DNA of 64,000 nucleotides from Octopus sinensis (taxonomy: Eukaryota): assembly GCF_006345805.1 (NCBI RefSeq), contig NC_042997.1:71114001-71178000 (forward strand), read 5' to 3'. The position numbers were made by a program, and so were the translations under genes. Below the pieces are notes generated by a model that had not been told where the DNA came from, did no database searches, and saw nothing but the letters and a program-made list of their open reading frames with translations. Every line of letters starts with the position of its first letter. Position 1 is the stretch's first letter. Below are positions 13,088 through 24,915 of the stretch, piece after piece.

Positions 13088-13281
13088 TTGCTGAGATTTT
13101 TCTTGTGAACATACTCTTCGTGTAATGGCGATTTGACGTCTATGTTTAGCATGTAGGCTGTCCACTTTAGTGATCATTCCTCTATATTTTGTATGTAACA
13201 CAATTTTTAATCTTCGGATTTTTTAAATATGCTAAGCCACTGGTTTTAATTGATTAATATCATTTTCTACCCTTATTATTG

Positions 13282-13290
<9 letters not shown>
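13088..13290 (+). repeat. Probable PLE terminal repeat, direct copy of 12286-12490, ending in (TA)n
   Basis: ttgctgagatttttctt...gctaagccactggttttaattgattaatatca shared; abuts (TA)n. Confidence 0.65.
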
Positions 13291-13316
<26 letters not shown>

Positions 13317-13479
13317 GGTAGGTATGTATGTAGGTACGTATGTATGCATGTATGTATGTATGTATGTATGTATGTATGTATGTATGTATGTATGTATGTA
13401 TGTATGTTTGTATGTATGTATACACACATATATGCATATATATACATACATACACATAGTATTATTGTATTCTTTGATT

Positions 13480-13665
13480 CTTTTATTTGTTTCAGTCATT
13501 TGACTACGGGCCTGCTGGAGCACGCTTTTAGTCCAACAAATGAACCCCAGGAATTATTCTTTGTAAATCTAGTACGTATTATATCGGTCTCTTCTGCCGA
13601 ACTGTTACATTACGGAGACATAAACACACCAATATCGGCTGTCAAGTGATGATGGCGGGGATGGG
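13480..13665 (-). mobile_element. SINE family 2, 3' half
   Basis: tgtttcagtcatttgact.cgg.c.tgctggagcac..tcggtctcttctgccgaac matches the family 2 tail. Confidence 0.7.
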
Positions 13666-13701
13666 GGGAAACACAAATAAACATATATGCAAGAGTAAAG
13701 A

Positions 13702-13753
<52 letters not shown>

Positions 13754-13938
13754 CACAAATAAAGAAAATGCTCCTTGGAAATATTATTTTTAAATACTTT
13801 TCATTGAATTTTTCCACAATTTAATTGTTTTCCATACTTAGAGTTGAAAAGTCTCAATGACTGAAACCGGTGCTAAAATATTTTTCATGATAAAATTATT
13901 CCAGCATTTTTTATTTGACTCCTATATTATATATATAT

Positions 13939-14027
<89 letters not shown>

Positions 14028-14065
14028 CATACACACACACATACACATACACATATATATATATA

Positions 14066-14387
14066 ATATAATGTCCGTTCTGTCTGTCTCTGTGTGTGTC
14101 TTCTAGGATCTCGGGTATCCTCCCTCCGATTGCGGTCAAATTTGATATGTAGATACCGACGATATCAGGGCGTGTATAAGTTTTGAAAGAATTACAAAAT
14201 TCAATTCCAGGTGAGAATGCGGTTGATAAAGCCGTGGGAACGTGCATTTGTACGCACAAGTACATCAGTCGAAATCCGTCTTTTGCTGGTGTCTCAAATT
14301 TAGGTTAAACCAGTGTTTCCCGAAGGGGATAGTTTAAATGTTTGACAACTCAGCACCGTCCATTGGACGGGGGACGTATTCGCTCGT
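14066..14387 (+). mobile_element. Non-autonomous Helitron/Helentron-like (HINE/DINE-1-like) element
   Basis: 5' gtccgttctgtctgtc repeats, ccgatt..caaatttgatatgtag core, 3' hairpin ccgtcca-t-tggacgg (14356-14370) then ..ctcgt (CTAGT-like). Confidence 0.55.
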
Positions 14388-14438
14388 ATATATATCATCG
14401 ATATTGATATATATTATATTATATATCTACATATATAC

Positions 14439-14522
<84 letters not shown>

Positions 14523-14636
14523 ATATATATATAAAGTTAATCCAAACATGAAAACACAAAGAGAAAACACACCAGCCCGAGGACGTGGAACAAGTATAGT
14601 GTTATTGGACGCTCAGGAAAGGAAAGAAAGAAGGAG

Positions 14637-14669
14637 AATTTAACGTTCGAGCGGAGCTCTTCGTCAGAA
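14637..14669 (-). ncRNA. Hammerhead-like motif, one core A missing, in a probable PLE terminus (14535-14675)
   Basis: Minus strand tt CTGACGA a GAGC tcc GCTC GAA-C GTT aa. Confidence 0.55.
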
Positions 14670-14675
14670 CATAGG

Positions 14676-14770
14676 AAAAGACACTTGCCGAAGGCCCGAC
14701 GCAGTGGGACTGAAACCAGAACCATGTGGCTGGTAAGCAAGCTACTTATCACATAGCCACTGCTGTGCAT
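14676..14770 (-). mobile_element. SINE family 2 head
   Basis: Minus strand gtggctatgtgataagtagcttgcttaccagccacatggttctggtttcagtcccactgcg. Confidence 0.7.
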
Positions 14771-14802
14771 AAACGAGTACAACCCACAAAACTATCACAA
14801 GT

Positions 14803-14872
<70 letters not shown>

Positions 14873-14896
14873 TATATGTGTGTGTATATATATATA

Positions 14897-15192
14897 GTGA
14901 CGCGTATTTGCCATTTGAATATGGCTAACCCATAAGGGTGGATGCTACTGTAGTTTGTAGCCCCAGGAAGATATCTCCTCCAGCTGGCTATAGACACACT
15001 ATCTGTGTTTCTCAGTATTTGTTGAAGACGGGGAGGATGACTCCCCTTCACAAATACTGAGAGGACACGATATCTTCCTGGGGCTACAAACTACAGTAGC
15101 ATCCACCCTTATGGGTTAGCCATATTCAAATGGCAAATACGCGTCACGATGTGTTACCGCTACTGTTTATAACTCGCTCTGAGATTTATCAT
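14897..15192. repeat. Fold-back element with perfect 79-bp arms, inside (TA)n
   Basis: 14897-14975 is the exact reverse complement of 15069-15147; nested inner stems; about 45-nt right extension. Confidence 0.85.
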
Positions 15193-15216
15193 TATATATA
15201 TATATATGTATGTATG

Positions 15217-15276
<60 letters not shown>

Positions 15277-15396
15277 TGTATGTATGTATGTATAAAAATA
15301 GGATGAAATCTATAAGATTTATCAAGCAGTCCGCTTGAAAAAACTCGTAAGGGAAAAATATAATTATTCCATTTAAAATATATTTATTTATATTAA

Positions 15397-15657
15397 GGAC
15401 ATTACTACACTTGAATGATCACGCTATGAGGAACTCTTAAAGACAAAACTACCATAATAATTACAGTGGTATTTATGACGATTAAAAAGTGTATATTGTG
15501 CACAAATTATGAAATCATGTGATATGCGGCCGAATCTGTTTTTAAGTGGCTCGCTTCAAGAGTTGCATTCCCTCACGTTCTGTACACTGTAATTATCATG
15601 GTAGTTTTGATTTTAAAAGTCCCTCATATCGTGAGGCATTGAAGTGTCGTAATGCCC
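15397..15657. mobile_element. 261-bp MITE, Kolobok-like (TTAA flanks, GG..CC termini), copy 1
   Basis: TTAA at 15393-96 and 15658-61; about 80-bp imperfect TIRs ggacattactacacttg / tgaagtgtcgtaatgccc. Confidence 0.7.
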
Positions 15658-15710
15658 TTAATATAAATATATATATATATATTATATATATATATATAAT
15701 ATATATATGT

Positions 15711-15767
<57 letters not shown>

Positions 15768-15795
15768 TGTGGTTTATTATATATATATATGTATA

Positions 15796-15831
<36 letters not shown>

Positions 15832-15962
15832 TGTATGTATGTATGTATGTATGTATAAAAATAGGATGAAATCTATAAGAATTTATCAAGCAGTCCGCTT
15901 GAAAAAACCTCGTAAGGGAAAAATTATAATTATTCCATTTAAAATATATTTATTTATATTAA

Positions 15963-16223
15963 GGACATTACTACACTTGAATGATCACGCTATGAGGAAC
16001 TCTTAAAGACAAAACTACCATAATAATTACAGTGGTATTTATGACGATTAAAAAGTGTATATTGTGCACAAATTATGAAATCATGTGATATGCGGCCGAA
16101 TCTGTTTTTAAGTGGCTCGCTTCAAGAGTTGCATTCCCTCACGTTCTGTACACTGTAATTATCATGGTAGTTTTGATTTTAAAAGTCCCTCATATCGTGA
16201 GGCATTGAAGTGTCGTAATGCCC
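15963..16223. mobile_element. 261-bp Kolobok-like MITE, copy 2 (part of a tandem duplication)
   Basis: Same sequence as copy 1; about 100 bp of upstream flank also duplicated. Confidence 0.7.
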
Positions 16224-16231
16224 TTAATTAA

Positions 16232-16303
<72 letters not shown>

Positions 16304-16734
16304 GTATGTGTGTGTGTGTGTATGTGTGTGTTTATATATATATATATGTGTGTGTGTGTGCTTGTATCATATCTATACGGTAATGCATTCTTCCATACGA
16401 ATCGAAACATGTCTTTAATATTTGCCGAGTATTGCTTGAAATTTGTATGTAACACACACACAAGCAAACACATATACACACACGCATGCACACGTGCGTG
16501 CTCATATATGCATGCATTTGGATAAGTATTGAATATTCCCGACTTGAATTTCACGCAGACATTATCCTCTCACTTGCTGCTAGTTTCGATAACTTATATA
16601 TTTTACAGCTAGCATTGGCCACTTCTCTCTCATTTGTTCGAGAATTTCAGTGTTCGTACATATATCATGTTGAACCGTTAATCCATTCTCATATTATTTC
16701 TATCTCCGTTTTTTCCTTTTTTTACCACTTAATC

Positions 16735-16770
16735 TTTTCTGGCGAAGAGCGTAGGCTCGAAACGTGAAAG
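16735..16770 (+). ncRNA. Degenerate hammerhead-like motif
   Basis: tttt CTGGCGA a GAGC gtag GCTC GAAAC GTG aaag; related repeat copies at 21333-21366 and 31851-31885. Confidence 0.45.
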
Positions 16771-16925
16771 GCTTTTCCAGAGCGTTACACTAATACACCT
16801 GCTTGTTGTTTCCTCACCTGACTCCGTCTTTCGTTTTCTGTGAATTTGAACTATATATATGCAAATATTTGAATGGTTATACATATGCATATACGTGTGT
16901 GTATGTATATGTACAAATGTATGTT

Positions 16926-18217
16926 CGAGGGACGTTCAATAAGTAATGCCTCTGACCCACTTGCAGCATTTTGATCTAGCTGAAATTTTGCATGTGTAAT
17001 CATTTATATCTCTATAGAGTAAATGGCAAATTATAGCTCTGAATTAATTGTGGTTTCTGATTTACAGGTGTTTGAACTGAGTCAAGTGTGAAATGGAGCC
17101 TGTTGAGTGTCGAGCAGTGATCCGGTTTTTGTATTTGAAAGGATGCACACCACGGGAGACTTTTGATGAAATGAAAGTAACTTATGGTGATGATGCCCCA
17201 CCATATGACCTTGTAAAACGCTGGCATCGTGAATTCAAACATGGTCGGAACTCTGTGGAAACAGCTCCCAGATCTGGTCGCCCCTTCTGCCATTGATGAG
17301 GCATCTGTCCGTCAAGTTGAGGCTGCCATTTTGGAAGATCGACGCATAATTATTCGCCAAATAGCCCATGAGGTCAAGATTAGTACCGGGTCTGTGGAAA
17401 CTATCCTTCATGACTATTTGCATATGCAAAAGGTGTCTGCCAGATGGATTCCCAGGTTGCTCACGCCTTTCCAGAAGCAAGAACGCGTCGAGTGCTCGAA
17501 GGGGAATTTGGAGATGTGCCAAGGAGATGAGTCAAAATTTTTCAAAAGACTGATTACACAGGATGAAACCTGGGTCCATCACGATGATCCAGAGACCAAA
17601 GCCCAGTCAATGCAGTGGAAGCACCGTGACTCACCCACCCCCCAAAGAAGGTAAGGGTGCAGCCCTCCGCTGGCAAGGTCATGCTGACAGTCTTCTGGGA
17701 CCAGGACGGAGTAATGATGACAGATTTCCTGGCAAAGGGTACCACAATTGCAGGAGCCTATTATGCTTCACTTTTGAGGAAATTAAGAGAAGTTATCAAA
17801 ATCAAGAGGCGGGGCAAGATCAGCAAAGACGCCCTCCTCCTGCAGGACAACGTTCCGGTCCACAACTCGCTTGTCGCCAGATCAGAAGCACGGGCGTATG
17901 GCTATGAACTCCTCCCCCATCCCGCTACTTTCCTGACCTTGCACCCTCTGATTTCCACCTCTTCCCAGTCATGAAGTTGTTTTTGAAAGGAAAGCGTTTC
18001 TCAGATGATGCAGCCTTGATTTCTGAAGTCACGTCGTGGTTGGAGGACCAAGCTGGGATCTTCTACAAAAACGGTCTCCAGAGCTGCATCAAACGATGGG
18101 AGAAATGCGTAACTCTGGGTGGTTCCTATGTAGAAAAAGACTAAAAACTGTGCCAAGTTTCGTTGCTCTACTGCTATGGGAAGGGAGTCAGGGGCATTAC
18201 TTATTGAACGCCCCTCG
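16926..18217 (+). mobile_element. Mariner (D,D34D) copy A, 1292 bp
   Basis: TIR cgagggacgttcaataagtaatgcc / ggcattacttattgaacgcccctcg; right TA flank. Confidence 0.95.
17093..18144 (+). pseudogene. Mariner transposase, frameshifted three times
   Basis: MEPVECRAVIRFL..WIPRLL..QDETWVHH..QDN..PDLAPSD; indels -2, +2, -1 relative to a 350-aa reconstruction. Confidence 0.92.
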
Positions 18218-19327
18218 TATGTGTTTCTTCATCTATAAGACCTTAGTGATCTTATTAATTTCGGGTTGGAAGACAGGAAAAAACGTCTAAATGACTGACG
18301 ATTCAAGTTTAAAGTCTTCTTCAGAAAGTGTCTATAGAAAGAAAAACAAAAATATGGTATGCTTACAAGACCCCACACGCACACATGCGTGTGTGTGGTG
18401 TATGCATGTTTTTACCTATATATATATATTTGTGTGTGTGTGCGCGTGTGTGTGTGTGCATTTGTTTGTGTGTGTGTGTGTGTGTGTGCGCGCGCGCGGT
18501 GTGTGTGTGTGTGTGTGTGCGCGCGCAGTGTGTGTGTGTGTGCGCGCGCGGTGTGTGTGTCTGTGGTGTTAAAAATTTTCGTTACACTGGAATTAGTGCA
18601 AGGAATTTACAGATGTTATTGTCAGTTTATGCTACAAAACGCATCTGTGCTTGTATATATGTATATTTCTGACACTGAAATATCATTAGTATGTTTCCGT
18701 CAAACTGAAAGAAGATACTCCCGCCAGTAGTTTTGACTCTGAGTAAATTCATATTTCTTCATTACATTATACTTTATTTTATTCTTGCTTGTCATTTTGA
18801 CATTGTCTTCATGCTTTTGAGTGAATAGCCTGGATACCCGTTTAAAACTATTTGTAAATTCGGTTATTGAAACTTAGGTGGTGTTTTATCCGAGACTTTT
18901 CTGTTTAGTTTCATTCCGTGCACAGTGGATGCACGGTATATCCATTATAGCCTTTCATTCTTAGATGATTATGATTTGAGAGTAATTTGGTTGCTATTTC
19001 TAGCTAGTGAAGCAAATATTTACAGACTCCATCATTGGCTCCTTGTAGATGCAGTTATTTTTGAGCACGAGATGAAACCTGGTCGAGTAACTCGATGATC
19101 AAAAGCATTTCAACTACGAATATTCTGTCTTTGTTTTAACAGACATAGTCATAGTATCCCTAGTAACAGACATAGTCATAGTCATAGTATCCTTACGTCT
19201 ATATTATCTAATGTATTCCTTCTAATTGTAGTGTCTGATTTTGGTGAAAGAGATTTGCTCTCTATCTCGCTTTCTCTCTCTCTCTTACACTCACCCCCTC
19301 TCTCTCTTTCACCTATATATATATTTA

Positions 19328-21180
19328 AAATATGTGAAAAGCTGTATCAGGGATGACCTAGACATGCTGAATTACCTCCCGAAGACAGTAAAGGAAGGAA
19401 CCCTGCTGGTATCTTTCGATATGGTGAATCTGTACACCAATATCCCACACGACTATGGTATAGAATCAATCACATTTGGCTAGAAAAATACCCAGAAGAG
19501 ATCCCAGGACGCATTAACCACAGTTTTATAATCGAAGCACTCAAATTCTTCCTGCTGAACAATTATTTCATGTTCGATATAACTTACTATCGACAAAAAT
19601 GTGGAATTGCAATGGGAACCAGAGCTGCTCCAGTGATTGCAAGCCTTGTAATGGGTTACCTAGAAGTTATACCAATCATCACTAGAAAAATATGGCGCCT
19701 CATTTAATTGCTATTTAAAGGAGAACTGGGAGAGATATTTGGATGATTGCTTCATACTTTGGAAATACAGCATGGTCAAACTCCTTAATTTCAAAATAAT
19801 GCTTAACAACATACATAGCAATATACAATTCACTATGGGACACAACAGTAAACAACTCCCTTTTCTAGACATCGTAGTTAAAATAGTTAACAACCACAAA
19901 GAAACAGACATCTGTTATAAACCCACAAACTCTAAACAATACCTATTATTTAACTCTTGCCACCCCAAACACATTATATACCTTTTAATCTAGCGAAAAG
20001 AATCTATACCATAGTTTCGGATACATATACTCATGAACAAAGACTCCTTGAACTTAGATCAATACTAACTAAAAGACATTACCCAATCTCATTAATAAAT
20101 GAAGGCATTAAAAGAGTTAAGGAAATAGATATACAAATATTAAGGCAAGCCAGCCGAAATACTAAACCAGACTTTAAAATACTCCCGTACATTCCCCTCA
20201 TAACCCGAGAAACAACGAAGCCTTCAACATTATCACCCAAAATCTTCCCACCCTCACAGCAGACAAAACAATGAACGAAATTTTAAGCTCATACAAAATT
20301 ATATAAAGCAAAAAGCAACCGAAGTCACTGAAAAAAATATTAACCAGCGCAAGACTATATCCACTAACAGAGCCAAAAGTGGAAAAATGTGGTCGTTCTA
20401 ACTGTGGAACATGCCCCCACATTTTGGAGGGTTTAGAATTTCCCTTCCAGCAAGGAGAAATATTTAAGATCAAATCAAATTTCACCTGCGCCTCGGAAAA
20501 TCTAATCTATGTCATGACATGCTAAGGATGTGGTAACCACTACATTGGACAAACAGGAATATCACTCCGTCGAAGAACCACCACCCACAAAGAGCAAAAC
20601 CGCCACCCATAATAAAGACAGTTAGAGGTTAGTAAACGCATAGAAAGGTGTGCCAGGAATATTAATCCTTATTTCCAAATCTTCCCTTTCTATCAATGTT
20701 CACAGAACACCACAATGCAGTAAAGGTTGAATAAAGAGGCAATTTTCATCAATATATATCTTCCCCAACTAAATATGAACACACAACTTAATACAGAACA
20801 CCACTAACCCTACACCATTCACATTACAATTCTTTATCTAACACAACTGCACTCAATCCAGAACTACTTACCTCCCTTACAAATAATCTTTTTACCCAAG
20901 AACTATTAGACCTGACATCATTCATTAGCCGGTATTTATTCAAAGCAATGAAACCATAGTATGCTTTGCTTTCTGACTTTTTAATCATCTCATTATAATG
21001 ATTTTTATGACTTTTATTACTACCTCAGTCCATCTAAATGTATATATATCTGTCGTTACCTTTCATAAAAAAGCCTTTTCTTTTTTTATTTACAATGTGC
21101 ATTGTTGTTGATTTTTCTTCTTTTCCCCTTACATTTCCATGTGTATTTTATATTTTCTTCTTGTAACATATTTCTACTAT
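19328..21180 (+). mobile_element. Penelope-like element, 5'-truncated: RT + Cys linker + GIY-YIG + 3' end
   Basis: SFDMVNLYTNIPH, GIAMGTRAAP, RYLDDCF, LPFLDI, YKPTNSKQYL, KCGRSNCGTC, LIYVMTC*GCGNHYIGQTG; ends at (TA)n. Confidence 0.92.
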
Positions 21181-21651
21181 ATACATATATATATAGGCGC
21201 AGATGTGACTGTGCAAGAAACTTACTTCCCAACCATATGGTTCCGAGTTTAGTCCCACGAAGTGTTAATTCTTACAAAAATTCCTCTCTCCGTTTTTTTC
21301 ATTCTCTCTCTTTTTACCTCTTAATCCAGTCCTTTCTGTTGAATAGCGTAAGGTTGAAATGTAAAATACGTTTACATTCTTCCCGAGCGTTAAACTAATA
21401 CACCTGCACGTTGTTCCTACACCTTTCCTCGTCTTCTCCCTTGCCAGTTTATTAAGATAGTGCTCTTGTGCCTAATCAGTCGTTTTGACTCTTATTTCTA
21501 GCAATATAGGTACTTTGTACCCTCTGTCACCTTAGTGACGTCTATAAATTTTCCATTTGGTTGTTAAATTGCTTATAAGCCACCCACACTATATATAGCG
21601 TTCACCTCTACCGTTTTTGGAATCAGCACGTTTGCAACGGATTTTATTGTA

Positions 21652-22942
21652 CGAGGGGAGTTCAATAAGTAATGCCCCTGACCCACTTCCCATAGCAGTA
21701 GAGCAACGAAACTTGGCACAGTTATTGGTCTTTTTCTACATAGGAACCACTCGGAGTTACGCCTTTCTCCCATCGTTTAATGCAGCTCTGGAGACCGTTT
21801 TTGTAGAAGACCCCAGGTTGGTCCTCCAACCTGAACGTGACTTCAGAAATCATGGCTGCATCATCTGGGAAACGCTTTTCTTTCAAAAGCAACTTCATGG
21901 CTGGGAAGAGGTGAAAATCAGAGGGTGCAAGGTCAGGAAAGTAGGGGGATGGGGGAGGAGTTCATAGCCATACGCCTGTGCTTCTGATCTGGCGACAAGC
22001 GAGTTGTGGACCGGAGCGTTGTCCTGCAGGAGGAGGATGCTTTTGCTGATCTTGCCCCGCCTTTTGATTTTGATAGCTTCTCTTAATTTCCTCAAATGTG
22101 AAGCATAATAGGCTCCTGTAATTGTGGTACCCTTTTCCAGGAAATCTGTCATCATTACTCCGTCCTGGTCCCAGAGGACTGTCAGCATGATCTTGCCAGC
22201 TGAGGGCTGCACCCTTGCCTTCTTTGGAGGAGGTGAGTCACGGTGCTTCCACTGCATTGACTGGGCTTCGGTCTTTGGATCATAGTGATGGACCCAGGTT
22301 TCATTCTGTGTAATCAGTCTTTTGAAAATTTTGACTCTTCTTCTTGGCACATCTCCAAATTCATCCTTGAGCACTCGACGCGTTCTTGCTTCTGGAAAGG
22401 TGTGAGCAACCTGGGAATCCATCTGGCAGACACCTTTTGCATATGCAAATAGTCATGAAGGATAGTTTCTACAGACCCGGCACTAATCTTGACCTCATGG
22501 ACTATTTGGCGAATAGTTACGTGTCGATCTTCCAAAATGGCAGCCTCAACTTGACGAACAGATACCTCATCAATGGCAGAAGTGGGGTGACCAGATCTGG
22601 GAGCTGTTTCCACAGAGTTCCGACCATGTTTTAATTCACGATGCCAGCATTTTACAAGGTCATATGGTGGGGCATCATCACCATAAGTTACTTTCATTTC
22701 AGCAAAGGACGCCCGTGGTATGCATCCTTTCAAATACAAAAACCGGATCACTGTTCGACACTCAACAGACTCCATTTCACACTTGACTCAGTTAAAACAC
22801 TTGTAAATCAGAAACCACAATTATTTCAGAGCTGTAATTTGCTACTTAATCTATAGAGACATCAATAATTGCACATGCAAAATTTCAGCTAGATCAAAAT
22901 ACTGCAAGTGGGCCAGAGGCATTACTTATTGAACGCCTCTCG
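21652..22942 (-). mobile_element. Mariner copy B, 1291 bp
   Basis: TA target duplication on both sides, same TIRs; transposase remnant 22775-21722 with two -1 frameshifts. Confidence 0.95.
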
Positions 22943-23259
22943 TAAGTTGACGGAGTGAGTCGAGCTTAACCATAGGTACAGTAACAACCACTGTAAGAAC
23001 CACTGATGCTCTGCATCAAAATTCGAAATCACAAGTGATATAGATATGTCTGCGACTGTAGGGAGGCTTGCCTCCCTTGTCAGCTTTTAACGATAGTTTT
23101 GACTTTTATTTCTAGTAATGCCAGTACCACCTGCACCCTCCGTCACCTTAGTGACGTCTATAAATTTGTCTTTAGATTGTTAAAAGGCTAATAAGCCTAT
23201 ATTATTTATTTGTGTGTGTGTGTGTCTGTGTGTGTGTACATTTATGTGAGTGTGTATGT

Positions 23260-23475
23260 GTTTGTGTTTGTCTTTGCCATCGCTTGACAACCGATGTTGC
23301 TGTGTTTATGTCCCCGTGTCTTACTGGCTCGGCAGAAGCGACCGATAGAATAAGTACTAGGCTTACAACGAATAATTCCAGATGTCAATTTCTCCGACTA
23401 AAACCCTTTAAAGCAGTGCTCCAGCACGGTCGCATTCAACTGACTGAAACGTGTAAAAGAATAAAAGAATAAAAG
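23260..23475 (+). mobile_element. SINE family 2, 3' half
   Basis: catcgcttgacaaccgatg..accgatagaataagtactaggcttac..(aaagaat)n tail. Confidence 0.75.
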
Positions 23476-23933
23476 AATATGTGGTTGCAGAACGAAATAC
23501 CAAGTACCTACAAAACATTAGTTTTTACGTACCAGATCCAGGAATGTGTTTAATATGTGAATTGATATATCTAATAAACACCACTGTATGCGGTGGCTAT
23601 GTAAGCAATGTCTTCGAGGGTAAGAATGGGTTAGATGAGTGCTGATGATGGAGCAAAATCCCTCGGACTATGGCATATACATTCATTACCCATTTTTGTC
23701 TTCGATCCCATTGTTTGTTTACATCTGATGTCTCGATACGAAACATAGCAGAAAACCACTGCTAGCTATAATTTCTAATATCTGTAGAAATAACCTTAAC
23801 AAAATAATGGAAATATCGCAGTAGAACGTGGTATTGACTTATAAAAAGATTTGATATACTTTATAGAATACTATTTGCATAACGAAATACCACATACCTA
23901 CAAACCTGTAATTACGTACATACATACACATCT

Positions 23934-24021
<88 letters not shown>

Positions 24022-24698
24022 GTGTGCGTATGTAAGTATGCATGTATGTATGTTTTTAATTATTTAAATTCTTCCTCTGAAGAAGGGGCTGGTTTCTACC
24101 AAAGATACGATGCTCCATCATTAGAATGTAGATAACGAAAACAATGTAACATTTTAAACTTGAGAAAGTCTTGTATCTTTCTACTGTTCTGCTTACAGAC
24201 TCTGCAATGTGCCTAAATAAATAAATGAAGATTCAGAGTTCTGGAGTAGACACAATACTGAAGATATCTTCATGACATAGAACGTTAAGGTTCACAATGT
24301 ATGTGTAGGCAGCATGGTGTCCCAGAACGGAATAACTCCGTTAATTTGTAACTATGCAAAGAAAAAAGTAAAATAAATAAATGAAAATAAAAAAATTGTA
24401 TACTAAATAAGCTGATCATATCTGGGAACATGAAAAGGGTTTATACATTGATATTAATATTGAAACATTTTCACAGCTCCTTTCTTTCAACATCAACCCT
24501 TATTTAGGTATAGAAACAAAGAGACGTCTATATCACAATGTATCGGGAAAATAAGTCCAGGGAGTGAAGTGTTTTCCAATAGCATGGAATAAGGGTTACA
24601 GGGCTAAACCATATTTAAAAAGACGAGAAATAATAGGCCTTGCCTAACATAAATTTTCATGATCCTGAAACAACCAGTAACATTTCTAAACCAAATAA

Positions 24699-24915
24699 AG
24701 CGGCAAGCCGGCAGAATAGGTGGCGCGGCTAAATGCTTTGCGGCATTTCGTCTCTCTTTACGTTCTGAGTTCAAATTCTGCCGAGGTAGATTTTGCTTTT
24801 AACCCTTTCGGCGTCGATGAATAAGTACCAGTTGAACGCTGAAGTCGCTGTAGTTAACTTACCCCACAACCACCACCACCTCAAAATTGCTAGTCTCGTG
24901 CCAAAAATTGAAATC
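24699..24915 (+). mobile_element. SINE family 1
   Basis: gcggcaagccggcagaat..ttacgttctgagttcaaattctgccgagg. Confidence 0.8.
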
